Positions 19,468-28,859 of a stretch of DNA of 64,000 nucleotides are shown here, one piece after another. Where the stretch lies: assembly GCA_004356985.1 (NCBI GenBank), contig SMXQ01000107.1, positions 13,501-77,500 on the forward strand, given 5' to 3'. Every line of letters starts with the position of its first letter. Position 1 is the stretch's first letter. This DNA comes from Alphaproteobacteria bacterium (lineage in GTDB: Bacteria > Pseudomonadota > Alphaproteobacteria > SMXQ01). Below the pieces are notes generated by a model. The model had not been told where the DNA came from. It did no database searches and saw only the letters and a program-made list of their open reading frames with translations. Both the position numbers and the translations under genes were made by a program.

Positions 19468-20466
19468 TCAGGGGCGCAACAGGCCGACGATGCGGTGAAT
19501 TTCCGAAAGGTGGCTATGGGCGATCTCGCCGGCGCGTTCGGCGCCGCGGCGCAACACCCCATCGACATAGCCGGGCTCGGCCACCAGGCGCTGCATTTCC
19601 GAAGCGATGGGGCCGAGCGCATCGACCGCCACGGCGGCCAGCGCGTCCTTGAATTCCGAGAACATGGCGCCGCCGAACCGGCCGAGCACGTCGGCCCGGC
19701 TGGTCCGCGTGAGCGCCGCAAAGATGCCCACCAGGTTGTCGGCCTCGGCGCGGCCTTGGAGCCCCTCGACGGTCTCCGGCAGGGGTTCGGGATCGGTCCG
19801 CGCCTTGCGGATCTTGAGGGCGATGGTGTCGGCGTCGTCGGTCATGTTGATGCGCGAATAATCCGACGCGTCGGACTTGCTCATCTTCGCGGTGCCGTCG
19901 CGCAGGCTCATCACCCGGGCCGCCTGGCCCAGGATCTGGGGTTCGGGCAAGGGGAAATAGTCGGTCCCGAACTGCCGGTTGAAGGCACCGGCGATGTCGC
20001 GGGCGAGCTCCAGGTGCTGTTTCTGGTCCTCGCCCACGGGCACGTGGGTGGCCTTGTAAAGGAGGATATCGGCGGCCATGAGGACGGGATAGGCGTACAG
20101 GCCCAGGCCGGCGTTGTCCCGCCGCTTGCCCGCCTTTTCCTTGAACTGGGTCATGCGGTTGAGCCAGCCCAGCGGGGTAATGCAGGCGAACAGCCAAGCC
20201 AGCTCCGAATGCCCCGGCACCGCGGACTGGTTGAAGATGATGCATTTCTCGGGATCGATTCCGGCGGCGAGATAGGCGGCGGTCACTTCGCGGGTGTGGG
20301 CGCGCAAGAGTTCTCGGTCCTGGGGCAGGGTCAGGGCGTGCAGATCGACGATGCAAAAGATGCAGTCGTAGTCGCCCTGGAGATCCACCCAATTGCGGAT
20401 CGCCCCCAGGTAATTGCCGAGGTGCAGATTGCCGGTGGGCTGAACGCCCGAGAAAATGCGGTTCAT
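19468..20466 (-). CDS. trpS: tryptophan--tRNA ligase
   Basis: [18 protein letters not shown] (HIGH region) and a KMSKS motif are present. Confidence 0.95.
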   Translation of the reverse strand: MNRIFSGVQPTGNLHLGNYLGAIRNWVDLQGDYDCIFCIVDLHALTLPQDRELLRAHTREVTAAYLAAGIDPEKCIIFNQSAVPGHSELAWLFACITPLGWLNRMTQFKEKAGKRRDNAGLGLYAYPVLMAADILLYKATHVPVGEDQKQHLELARDIAGAFNRQFGTDYFPLPEPQILGQAARVMSLRDGTAKMSKSDASDYSRINMTDDADTIALKIRKARTDPEPLPETVEGLQGRAEADNLVGIFAALTRTSRADVLGRFGGAMFSEFKDALAAVAVDALGPIASEMQRLVAEPGYVDGVLRRGAERAGEIAHSHLSEIHRIVGLLRP

Positions 20467-20530
20467 AGTCCCACCTGCCATGGCTTGCCCGGTTACGGGC
20501 GGTGTTTATGGCCTCAAAGGGCGGTCCCGG

Positions 20531-22123
20531 TCAAGGGACCGGCGCATCGCCGCCGGCCGACGCCGCGCCTTGGTCCGCCGCGCCCGGCGCCAGCGACCGC
20601 TTGAGTTCGGCCAGGGAAACGGCACCGGATAACTGCGCCAGGGCCGCGTAAAGGACCACCCCGCCGATCACCAGCGCCGCCACGGCGGCGATGCGCACCG
20701 GCTCGGACCCCGCCAGCAAGGTTTCACCGGCCGCCGCCACGGCGCCCACCGCGCCGGCCATGACGGCGGAGGCGATGACGATGCGGGGCAATTTGCGCCG
20801 CACGCCGCTATCCGGCCTCAACCGCCCGCTCCGGTAAAGGCCGAGCGCCAACAGCGCGGCATTGACCCAGGCGGAAATGGATGTGGCCAGGGCGATTCCC
20901 ACATGGGCCAACGGCCCCATGAGGATGAGGTTCAAAACGACGTTCACCACCAAAGCCAGGACCCCGATCTTGACCGGGGTCTTGGTGTCCTCGCGGGCGA
21001 AATAGCCCGTCGCCAGCACCTTGACCACCACGTGGGCGGGCAGGCCTAGGGCATAGGCGGCCAGCACCCAAGCCGTGGCCTCCTGGGCGTCGGCACCGAA
21101 GGCGCCCCGGCCGAACAGCACGGCGATCACCGGACCGGCGGCGGCGATCAGCGCAAAGGCGGCGGGCACCGTCAACAGCAGGGCGAATTCCAGCGCCCGG
21201 TTTTGGCTTTCCATGGCGCCCGCCCCGTCTCCGGCGCGAATCTGGCGCGACAGCAACGGCAACAGCGCCGTGGCCACGGCGATGCCGATCACCCCCAAGG
21301 GCAGCTGGGCGACCCGGTCGGCGTAATACAGGTACGAGATGGTGCCCGACGGCAGCAGCGAGCCGATGACCAGGTCCACCACCACGTTGATCTGATAGAC
21401 CCCGGCGCCCAGGGCGATGGGCAGCATCAGGCGCAGCAGTTTTTTCACCTGCGGCGTGAGCCGGGGGAGACGCAAGCGCAGGCCATGGCCGTCGCGGGCG
21501 AGCATGAGACCGAGCCAGACGAACTGCGCGATGCCCGCCACCGCCACCCCCCAGGCCAGGCCCACGGCGGGCGAACGCGCGAATTGGCTCCAGCTGAGGA
21601 CCGCCGCGATCATCACCATATTGAGGATCACCGGGGTGGCGGCGGGCGCGGCAAACCGGCCATGGGCGTTCAACACCGCCCCCATCAGGGCGACCAAGGA
21701 GATGAACAGGATATAGGGAAAGGTGATGCGGGTCAGTTCGACGGCAAAAGCGAACTTCTCGGGATCCGATAGGAAGCCCGGCGCCAGGCCCATCATCGCG
21801 TACGGCATCAGCATCTCGATGAGGGCCACGAATACAAATAATACCACCAGTAACACCGCCAGCGCGTCTTCGGCGAAGCGGCGCGCCGCTTCGCGCCCGG
21901 AGGAAATCAACAGCCCCGAATAGGTCGGCACGAAGGCCGCCGCCAAGGCGCCTTCGGCGAACAGGCGCCGGAACAGATTGGGGAACTTGAAGGCGACGAA
22001 AAAGGCGTCCGCGGCGGGCCCGGCGCCGAGCACCGCCGCGAACAAGACGTCGCGCGCGAAACCGGCGAGACGGCTTACCAGGGTGAAGCCGCCGACGGTG
22101 GTGATGGAGCGAATCAGCGCCAT
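20531..22123 (-). CDS. murJ: lipid II flippase MurJ (MviN)
   Basis: The 530-aa ORF has the conserved MurJ N-terminus ...SRLAGFARDVLFAAVLGAGPAADAFFVAFKFPNLFRRLFAEGA. It sits in the glnD-murJ-trpS arrangement. Confidence 0.9.
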   Translation of the reverse strand: MALIRSITTVGGFTLVSRLAGFARDVLFAAVLGAGPAADAFFVAFKFPNLFRRLFAEGALAAAFVPTYSGLLISSGREAARRFAEDALAVLLVVLFVFVALIEMLMPYAMMGLAPGFLSDPEKFAFAVELTRITFPYILFISLVALMGAVLNAHGRFAAPAATPVILNMVMIAAVLSWSQFARSPAVGLAWGVAVAGIAQFVWLGLMLARDGHGLRLRLPRLTPQVKKLLRLMLPIALGAGVYQINVVVDLVIGSLLPSGTISYLYYADRVAQLPLGVIGIAVATALLPLLSRQIRAGDGAGAMESQNRALEFALLLTVPAAFALIAAAGPVIAVLFGRGAFGADAQEATAWVLAAYALGLPAHVVVKVLATGYFAREDTKTPVKIGVLALVVNVVLNLILMGPLAHVGIALATSISAWVNAALLALGLYRSGRLRPDSGVRRKLPRIVIASAVMAGAVGAVAAAGETLLAGSEPVRIAAVAALVIGGVVLYAALAQLSGAVSLAELKRSLAPGAADQGAASAGGDAPVP

Positions 22124-22149
22124 GAGCCGAGAAAACGCCTCGCGGCCAC

Positions 22150-25053
22150 CTAGTGCGCCTTGGCCTTGGCCTTGGCGGGTTTCTTGGCCGCGGCCTTGCC
22201 TGCCGGTTGCGACGCGGCCTTGCCCTTGGCCGCCGCCTTGGCGGGTTTCTTGGCCGGCGCCTTAGCCTTGTGGGCCGTCTCCGGGGCGTCGGAATCCGGT
22301 TCGCGGATGGCTTCCAACAAGCGCTCGCGGATGGTCTCTATGCGCCCTTCATGGGTGACCTTGAGGCCAAACAGGTCCTTGACGTAAAAGACGTCGACGG
22401 CGCTGGTGCCGAAGGTGGCGATCTTGGCCGAGGAGATCTGCAGGTTCAGTTCGGTGACGGCGGTGGTGATGTCGTAAAGGAAGCCGGGCCGGTCGCGGCC
22501 GTTGACCTCGATCAGGGTATTGGTGGCCGATGCCGAGTTGTCGATCATCACCCGGGGCTGATCGCGGAACACGCGGGTGCGGGCGGGCAGGTTGGTCTTT
22601 ATGGAGAGCCGCTTGGGCAGACGGCGCTGTGTGGAAATCACCCGTTCCAGGGTGTCCTCGAGCCTGCGCAGCGCCCGCGGTTCGCCGTAAGCCTCGCCGT
22701 TGATGTCCTGGATCCAGAACGAATCCAGCGCCATGCCGTCGCTCATGGTGAAGATCTTGGCATCGACGATATTGGCGCCCGACAGGGCCATGGCGCCAGC
22801 GATCCGCGAGAACAGGCCCCAATCGTCGATGGTGTAGATGGTCACCTCGGTGATGGCGCGGAACCGGTCGACACTGAGGTCGATGACAAGCAGCGCGCCG
22901 TCGTCCCTGGCGGCGGCGATCAGCTTGGCGTGGCGGTGCAAGGTGTCGCCATCGAAGGCGAGCCAATAAGGGGCCGGGGGCCGCGACGCGAATTGATCGA
23001 ATTCCTCGTCGCTCCAATCCGCCAGGCGGGCACGGAGATGTTCCTTGGCGGCTTCCGCCCGCTCGGTGCGGCCGCGCGCCGTCAACTGGCCCGACATCAC
23101 GTCTTCGGCGGCGAAATAAAGTTCCCGCAACAGCGCCGCTTTCCAGCCGTTCCAGACATTGGGGCCGACCGCGCGGATATCGGCCACGGTCAGGCACAGG
23201 AGAAGGCGCAGGCGTTCCGGCGACTGCACCACCTCGACAAAATCGGTCATGGTCTTGGGATCGTCGATATCGCGGCGGAAGGCGGTGTTGCTCATCAAGA
23301 GATGGTGGCGCACCAGCCAGGCGACGGTCTCGGTCTCTTCGCCGCTTAAACCCAGCCGCGGCCCCAGCCGCAGCGCGATTTCGGCGCCGGTCACCGAATG
23401 ATCGCCGCCCCGGCCCTTGGCGACGTCGTGAATCAGCAGCGCCACGTACAGCGCCCGGCGCGAATCCAGCTTTTTGATGACCTCGCTGGCCACCGGCATG
23501 ACCTCGGCGAGCTCTCCCTCCTCGATTCGATGGAGGATGCCCAAGGCGCGAATGGTGTGCTCGTCGACGGTGTAGACGTGATACATGTCGTGCTGCATCT
23601 GCGCGACGACGCGGCCGAAATCGGGCACGAACCGGCCGAACACCCCGGCCTCGTTCATGTGCCGCAGCATGGTTTCCGAGTTTCGCTCCGCGGTCAGGAG
23701 ATCCAGGAACAATTTATTGGCATCGGCGTCACGGCGCAATCCATCATCGATCAGGGGCAGGGACCGGGTGATGAGCCGGAACGTCTCGGGGTGGATATCC
23801 ACCTGTTGCCCATGGGCGACGGTAAAAAGCCGCAGCAACGCCACCGGATCCTTGCGGAAAAGATCCTCGTGTTCGACCCGGACGCGGCCTTTCTCGATGA
23901 CGAATCCGTCGACCACCCGGCGCCCCAGGCCGAAGGTGGGGAACCGCAAGCGCGGGCGGCGCTTGTGCTGATCTTCCAGCGCGGCGCAGAAGATGCGGGT
24001 AAGGTCGCCCACTTCCTTGGCATAGAGGAAGTAGTGCTTCATGAACCGTTCGACCGCGCGGGCGCCGGCATGATCGGTATAGCCCATCAGTCCCGCCACC
24101 CGTTCCTGCAGGTCGAAGGTCAGGCGGTCTTCCTCCCGGTCGGTCAGGTAATGAAGATAGGCGCGCACCGTGGTCAGGTAATTCTGGGCCTTGGCAAAGC
24201 GCCTGGCCTCGCGCTCGGAAATCACGCCGAGTTCCACCATGGCGGGGATCTCCTCCACCCCGTAGATGTATTTGGCGATCCAGAACAGCGTATGAAGGTC
24301 GCGAAGGCCGCCCTTGCCTTCCTTGACGTTGGGTTCAAGCACGTAACGTGAATCGCCGGTCCGCTTATGCCGTTGGTCGCGCTCGGCGAGCTTGGCTTCG
24401 ACGAATGCCGGCCCGGTCCCCTCGGCGATTTCCGCCCGGAAGCGGGTGCGCAGGGTCTCGAACAGCTCCGCCTCGCCGGCCACCAGCCGGGTCTCCAGCA
24501 TGGCGGTGCGGATGGTGAGGTCGCTCTTGCCGCGCCGCATGCACTCGTTCACCGAGCGGATCGCCTGGCCCACCTTGAAGCCGAGATCCCACAGCAGATA
24601 AAGGATGTATTCGATGACCTGTTCGGTATAGGCGTTCTGCTTGTAAGGCAGCAGGAACAGCAGGTCGATGTCGGAATGGGGCGCCAGTTCGGCCCGGCCG
24701 TAGCCGCCCACGGCCACCAGCGCCATGCGCTCTCCGGAGGTGGGATTGGCGCGGGGATAGACGGTCCCGGTGGTGAATTCGAACAGCGCCGAGATCAGCC
24801 CGTCGGTCATGGCGGCGTTGGCGGCGACCAGTTGGGTGCCGTTCAGCGAACCCGCGAAAAACCGCGCCCGCGTTTCCGCCCGGCTTAGGGCAAGCGCCTC
24901 GGCCGCGGCATCAAGCACCGCCGGGCGCAGATCGGCGACCGGCCGGTCGCTTGCCGCCAGGGTCTCCAAACGCACCGCTAATTCCGCCATCCCCGCCGCG
25001 CCGGCGCGGGGATCGGCTTCTGTGTCGTTGGGTTTGGCGGCGGTTTCGAGCAT
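22150..25053 (-). CDS. glnD: [protein-PII] uridylyltransferase/uridylyl-removing enzyme GlnD with an unusual KA-rich C-terminal tail
   Basis: The 967-aa ORF has nucleotidyltransferase, HD and two ACT domains along its length. The last ~45 aa (HKAKAPAKKPAKAAAKGKAASQPAGKAAAKKPAKAKAKAH) are not typical of GlnD. Confidence 0.9.
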   Translation of the reverse strand: MLETAAKPNDTEADPRAGAAGMAELAVRLETLAASDRPVADLRPAVLDAAAEALALSRAETRARFFAGSLNGTQLVAANAAMTDGLISALFEFTTGTVYPRANPTSGERMALVAVGGYGRAELAPHSDIDLLFLLPYKQNAYTEQVIEYILYLLWDLGFKVGQAIRSVNECMRRGKSDLTIRTAMLETRLVAGEAELFETLRTRFRAEIAEGTGPAFVEAKLAERDQRHKRTGDSRYVLEPNVKEGKGGLRDLHTLFWIAKYIYGVEEIPAMVELGVISEREARRFAKAQNYLTTVRAYLHYLTDREEDRLTFDLQERVAGLMGYTDHAGARAVERFMKHYFLYAKEVGDLTRIFCAALEDQHKRRPRLRFPTFGLGRRVVDGFVIEKGRVRVEHEDLFRKDPVALLRLFTVAHGQQVDIHPETFRLITRSLPLIDDGLRRDADANKLFLDLLTAERNSETMLRHMNEAGVFGRFVPDFGRVVAQMQHDMYHVYTVDEHTIRALGILHRIEEGELAEVMPVASEVIKKLDSRRALYVALLIHDVAKGRGGDHSVTGAEIALRLGPRLGLSGEETETVAWLVRHHLLMSNTAFRRDIDDPKTMTDFVEVVQSPERLRLLLCLTVADIRAVGPNVWNGWKAALLRELYFAAEDVMSGQLTARGRTERAEAAKEHLRARLADWSDEEFDQFASRPPAPYWLAFDGDTLHRHAKLIAAARDDGALLVIDLSVDRFRAITEVTIYTIDDWGLFSRIAGAMALSGANIVDAKIFTMSDGMALDSFWIQDINGEAYGEPRALRRLEDTLERVISTQRRLPKRLSIKTNLPARTRVFRDQPRVMIDNSASATNTLIEVNGRDRPGFLYDITTAVTELNLQISSAKIATFGTSAVDVFYVKDLFGLKVTHEGRIETIRERLLEAIREPDSDAPETAHKAKAPAKKPAKAAAKGKAASQPAGKAAAKKPAKAKAKAH

Positions 25054-25197
25054 CGGTACTGTCCGGCGGCGCGGGCTGGGCGCCGGTCATAGGCCTTATA
25101 CAGGGGGCCGAAGTATGACACAAATGGCGCGGCGGCGTCCGGCGCCCGATCGATGCCGGGCGCCAACGCCGAAGCATCCATCTAATCCAGGGTTGCC

Positions 25198-25710
25198 ATG
25201 ACCACACCGCTGCTTATCGTCGACGTTCAAAAGGGCTTCATCAACGATGCCACCCGGCACATCCCGGCACGGGTGGCGGACTTGGCGCGGCGCTACGACC
25301 AGGTCTTGGTAACCCGGTTCATCAACCTCGAAGGCTCGGCCCATCGCCGTTTGATCCATTGGCACCGGTTCGCGCCGGGCAGCGACGACACGCCGCTCGC
25401 CTTCGAACCGCCAGCGGGCGCGGCGATGATCGAGAAATCCACCTATTCCTGCGTCGATGCGGCGTTTCGCGCCCGCCTCGAGTTGATCGGCGCCCAAGAG
25501 GTGCACATCTGCGGCATCGCCACCGACAACTGTGTCCTGAAATGCGCCCTCGACCTGTTCGAATCGGGTTTTCGGCCGGTGGTCCTGGCCGATGCCTGCG
25601 CGTCGCACGCCGGCATCGATTATCACCGCTGGGCGCTCAAGATCCTGAGGCGCCTGATCGGCGATGAACAGGTCATCGACACCCCCGGCGGGGCGGCGCC
25701 CGCGGCCTAG
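25198..25710 (+). CDS. isochorismatase-family cysteine hydrolase (amidase-type)
   Basis: LLIVDVQKGFIND and HICGIATDNCVLKCALD give the catalytic D, K and C of the isochorismatase fold. Confidence 0.75.
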   Translation: MTTPLLIVDVQKGFINDATRHIPARVADLARRYDQVLVTRFINLEGSAHRRLIHWHRFAPGSDDTPLAFEPPAGAAMIEKSTYSCVDAAFRARLELIGAQEVHICGIATDNCVLKCALDLFESGFRPVVLADACASHAGIDYHRWALKILRRLIGDEQVIDTPGGAAPAA

Positions 25711-25724
25711 CCCGCGCCCGCGCC

Positions 25725-26855
25725 CTAGTAGGTCCCGCGGTCCCAGCGTTCGAAGGCTTCGGTGACCACCGGGAAGGGGCTCCACGGGCTTGGCGGGTTC
25801 ATGGGCATGGCGCCGTGGTGGAGGTGGGCGGGCTTGAGATCGGCCAACGAATTGGCGCCCAGCAACCCCATGGTGATCTTGATCTCCGATTCGAGGATTT
25901 CGAAGGCGCGGGTGAGGCCTTGCTCGCCGCCGGCGGCGAGCGCCCAACCCTGAAGCTTGCCGATGGCGACGACGTCGGCGCCGACGATGATGGCCTTGAC
26001 CATGTCCGAGCCGCGCACGAAAGCGCCGTCGACGACGATCGGCACCTTGCCCTTGGCCACCGCCGCCACTTCGGCCAGCGCCTCGATGGAACCGCGCCCG
26101 TGATCGAGCTGGCGGCCGCCATGATTGGAGACCCAAATCACGTCGATGCCGCGGTCCACGGCGATCTGGGCGTCTTCGGCGGTGGCGATCCCCTTGACCA
26201 GGACGGGCAGGCCGCAATGGGACTTGCAATGGTCGATGAAATCCCAGGTCAGCGCCCCGCGCCAGCGCCATTCCTCGGTCAGGTCGATGCCTTCCAGGTT
26301 GGACCGCTGGGCGAAGGCGCGGCGGTTGAAGCGGTTGTACATGTCGCGCTCGCGCCGGCCGTAATGGGCGACGTCGACGGTGATGGTCAGGGCGCCGAAG
26401 CCGGCGGCGACCACCCGGTCCAGGGTCTTATCGACCCAATCCATGTCGCCGCGCACGTAAAGCTGGAAGATCTTGTAGCCGTCGGTCTCCGCCGCGCAAT
26501 CCTCGAGCCTGGGGTTGGTCATGATGGAAATGACGGGGATCGAGCCGAACTTGTCCATGGCCCGGACGACCGGGATATTGCCCCCGGGGTCCATCAGGTG
26601 AAGCGATCCGATGGGCGCGCAGATCACCGGAATCCTGAGATTCTGCCCCATGAAGACGGTGGCCGGATCGGGATCGGTGACGTCGATCAGAACCCGCGGC
26701 CTGAAGGCGATGGAATCGATGGCGTAGCGGTTGCGCTTGAGCGTGGTTTCCGATTCGCCGCCGCCGCAAAGGTAATCCCAGGCCGCCGGCGAGAGGCGTT
26801 TCTTGGCCTCGATGATGAGTTCCTGCTGGGTCCTCGCTTGGGCGATGTCGTCCAT
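25725..26855 (-). CDS. FMN-dependent alpha-hydroxy acid dehydrogenase (L-lactate/glycolate oxidase family)
   Basis: The family signature SNHGGRQLD is present, within a TIM-barrel FMN-dependent dehydrogenase sequence. The start is taken at MDDIAQARTQQE. Confidence 0.8.
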   Translation of the reverse strand: MDDIAQARTQQELIIEAKKRLSPAAWDYLCGGGESETTLKRNRYAIDSIAFRPRVLIDVTDPDPATVFMGQNLRIPVICAPIGSLHLMDPGGNIPVVRAMDKFGSIPVISIMTNPRLEDCAAETDGYKIFQLYVRGDMDWVDKTLDRVVAAGFGALTITVDVAHYGRRERDMYNRFNRRAFAQRSNLEGIDLTEEWRWRGALTWDFIDHCKSHCGLPVLVKGIATAEDAQIAVDRGIDVIWVSNHGGRQLDHGRGSIEALAEVAAVAKGKVPIVVDGAFVRGSDMVKAIIVGADVVAIGKLQGWALAAGGEQGLTRAFEILESEIKITMGLLGANSLADLKPAHLHHGAMPMNPPSPWSPFPVVTEAFERWDRGTY

Positions 26856-26987
26856 GATGCTCTCACATGGCGCGGTCCCGGCCCGGGGGCGCGCCGATTC
26901 GATGATCAAAAGGCACGAAGCTTGTAGCCGCGCACCCGGCCCCCTGTAAAGCGCCATTGCCGCCCATGGGGCCGCCGCCGGTCCTCG

Positions 26988-27035
26988 CTTGAAATCATGC
27001 CCCGGGACAGTGGTTGAAATCATGCCCGGGGACAG
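26988..27035. promoter_or_regulatory. tandem 23-bp direct repeats (cTTGAAATCATGCCCCGGGACAG x2) in a divergent promoter region
   Basis: Two near-identical copies 25 bp apart (26988-27010 and 27013-27035), each with a CCCGGG core. They lie between the divergently transcribed hydroxy-acid dehydrogenase and maleate-isomerase-like genes. Confidence 0.45.
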
Positions 27036-27147
27036 CGCTCGGCGAAAATCCTCTGAGTTGACTGGAATTGCAACAAATTAGCCGTCCTGTTAGGATGGAC
27101 TCGCAGGTGGACCCGCTCATAGTGAGCCACCCAGACGCGAAAATGGG

Positions 27148-27957
27148 ATGGGAATCAAGCCATCCCGAGGGGGGAAACAGGTGGCCAAGATACTCCATGC
27201 GGCCGATGCTGCGGCGCGGCCGGCCCTGCTGGCGACGCCCAAGGCGCGGATCGGCTTGATCATCCCGTCGTCGAACCGGTTGGCCGAACCGCAGTTCCGC
27301 CATTACCTGCCCGACGATATCGGTGTTCACGTCACCCGGTTGCGTATCACCGGTCCCTGGCACCGGCCGCTGGACGAGATCGGCGACGCGGTGCGCGAGG
27401 CCGCCGGGTGCCTGGCCGATTCCCAATGCGACGTGATCGTCTTCAACTGCACCGGCGGGGCCATGGCCGGCGGCGCCGCGGCCGAGGCCCGCTTGCTGGA
27501 GTTGATCGCCGAGGAATCCGGCGCCATCGCGCTTTCGACGGGCCAAGCCGTGGTGGACGCGCTCAAGGCTCTCGGCATCACTTCCATGGTGCTGATCAGC
27601 CCTTACGTGCAGGCCACCAACGATGCCGAAAAAATCTACCTCGAGGGTCTCGGATTCCGGGTCGTGAACGACGTCGCCCTGGGACTCCCGGGGGGCACCA
27701 GCTATATCGAGGTTTCGCCCGGGCGCTGGTTGGACGAAGCGCGGGCCGCGGTGAGCGCGGAAGCCGACGGCCTGTTTTTGTCTTGCACCAACACCACCCA
27801 GATCGAAATAATCGAACAGGCCGAAGAGATCACCGGCCTCCCCATCGTCAATTCCAACCAGGCGGTGATGTGGCGGGCGCTGCGCGAACTGGCGGCCAAG
27901 CTGGGCGGGAGCATTGCCATCCGCGGCCCGGGACGGTTGTTTCAAACGGCGTCCTGA
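27148..27957 (+). CDS. Asp/Glu/hydantoin racemase-superfamily protein, maleate cis-trans isomerase/arylmalonate decarboxylase-like
   Basis: RIGLIIPSSNRLAEPQ, two candidate catalytic Cys (VIVFNCTGG, LFLSCTNTT) and ITPYVQATN line up with the two-Cys maleate isomerase subfamily as recalled from memory. Confidence 0.65.
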   Translation: MGIKPSRGGKQVAKILHAADAAARPALLATPKARIGLIIPSSNRLAEPQFRHYLPDDIGVHVTRLRITGPWHRPLDEIGDAVREAAGCLADSQCDVIVFNCTGGAMAGGAAAEARLLELIAEESGAIALSTGQAVVDALKALGITSMVLISPYVQATNDAEKIYLEGLGFRVVNDVALGLPGGTSYIEVSPGRWLDEARAAVSAEADGLFLSCTNTTQIEIIEQAEEITGLPIVNSNQAVMWRALRELAAKLGGSIAIRGPGRLFQTAS

Positions 27958-28004
27958 GCGGCGGCGGCGCCGATAAGCGGCCGAGAAGAAAGGGACCAAC
28001 GAAG

Positions 28005-28859
28005 ATGCCCGATATCAATCTTTCCGGCCGCGCCATCATCGTCACCGGCGCAAGCCGCGGCATGGGCCGGGAAATGGCCGATGCGCTGCTGGCGGCGGGG
28101 GCCTCCGTCGCCGTGCTCAGCCCCGAGGCCGACGAGCTCGAAGCCACGGCGGCGGAGTTGGGCGCGGCCCATGGCCGTCATCGGGTCATCGCGCTGGTTT
28201 CCGACATTACCGACTACCACGGCTGCGCGCGCGGCGTCGCCGAGACCGTCGCCGCCTTCGGCGGCCTCGACGGCCTGGTCAACCATGCCGGCATCGGCCC
28301 TCTCCAGGTCGCGCCCACGGTTTCCGAAAGCGAGCACGTGCCTTTCTGGATCGCCGATCCGGCCCGTTGGGCGCGGTTGATCGAGGTCAACATGATCGGC
28401 ACCTATTTCATGGCCCGGGCGGCGGCCCCGGTGATGATCCAACGCGGCTGGGGGCGGATCGTCAACGTCACCACCTCGCTGCCCAATTACGGCCGGGGCC
28501 ACTGGAGCCCCTATGGCTGTTCCAAGGCGGGGGTCGAATCCGAGACCCTGATCTTCGCCCAGGACCTCGAGGGCACGGGCGTGACCTGCAACGCGTTTTT
28601 CCCGGGCGGCGCGGTGCGGACCAAATTCGTGCCGCAAAATATGCATTCCAGCCCACGGCTGCTGGATGCCGACATCATGCGCAAGCCCATCGTCTGGCTG
28701 ATGTCGGATCACTCCGGCAAGCATAACGGCGAACGGTTCAACGCGCGCTATTGGGACGCCGCCGCCGACGCGGGCGAGGCCGCGGCCCAGGCCGTGACCG
28801 TCCCCGCCTACCGGGCGCCGCCGCCCCGGGCCAACCTCGGCAAGGAAGAGGGCGCATGA
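28005..28859 (+). CDS. SDR-family oxidoreductase (paralog 1)
   Basis: IVTGASRGMGREMA gives the Rossmann motif. The N-terminal part of the supplied 483-aa ORF is out of frame, and the real start is ATG 28005. Confidence 0.8.
   Translation: MPDINLSGRAIIVTGASRGMGREMADALLAAGASVAVLSPEADELEATAAELGAAHGRHRVIALVSDITDYHGCARGVAETVAAFGGLDGLVNHAGIGPLQVAPTVSESEHVPFWIADPARWARLIEVNMIGTYFMARAAAPVMIQRGWGRIVNVTTSLPNYGRGHWSPYGCSKAGVESETLIFAQDLEGTGVTCNAFFPGGAVRTKFVPQNMHSSPRLLDADIMRKPIVWLMSDHSGKHNGERFNARYWDAAADAGEAAAQAVTVPAYRAPPPRANLGKEEGA

Noticed and set aside
27408-28859. 483-aa ORF fusing an out-of-frame overlap of the racemase-like gene with the first SDR
   Set aside because: SDR homology begins at MPDINLSGRAIIVTGASRGMG (ATG 28005). 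The upstream part overlaps the well-supported 27148-27957 gene in a different frame.
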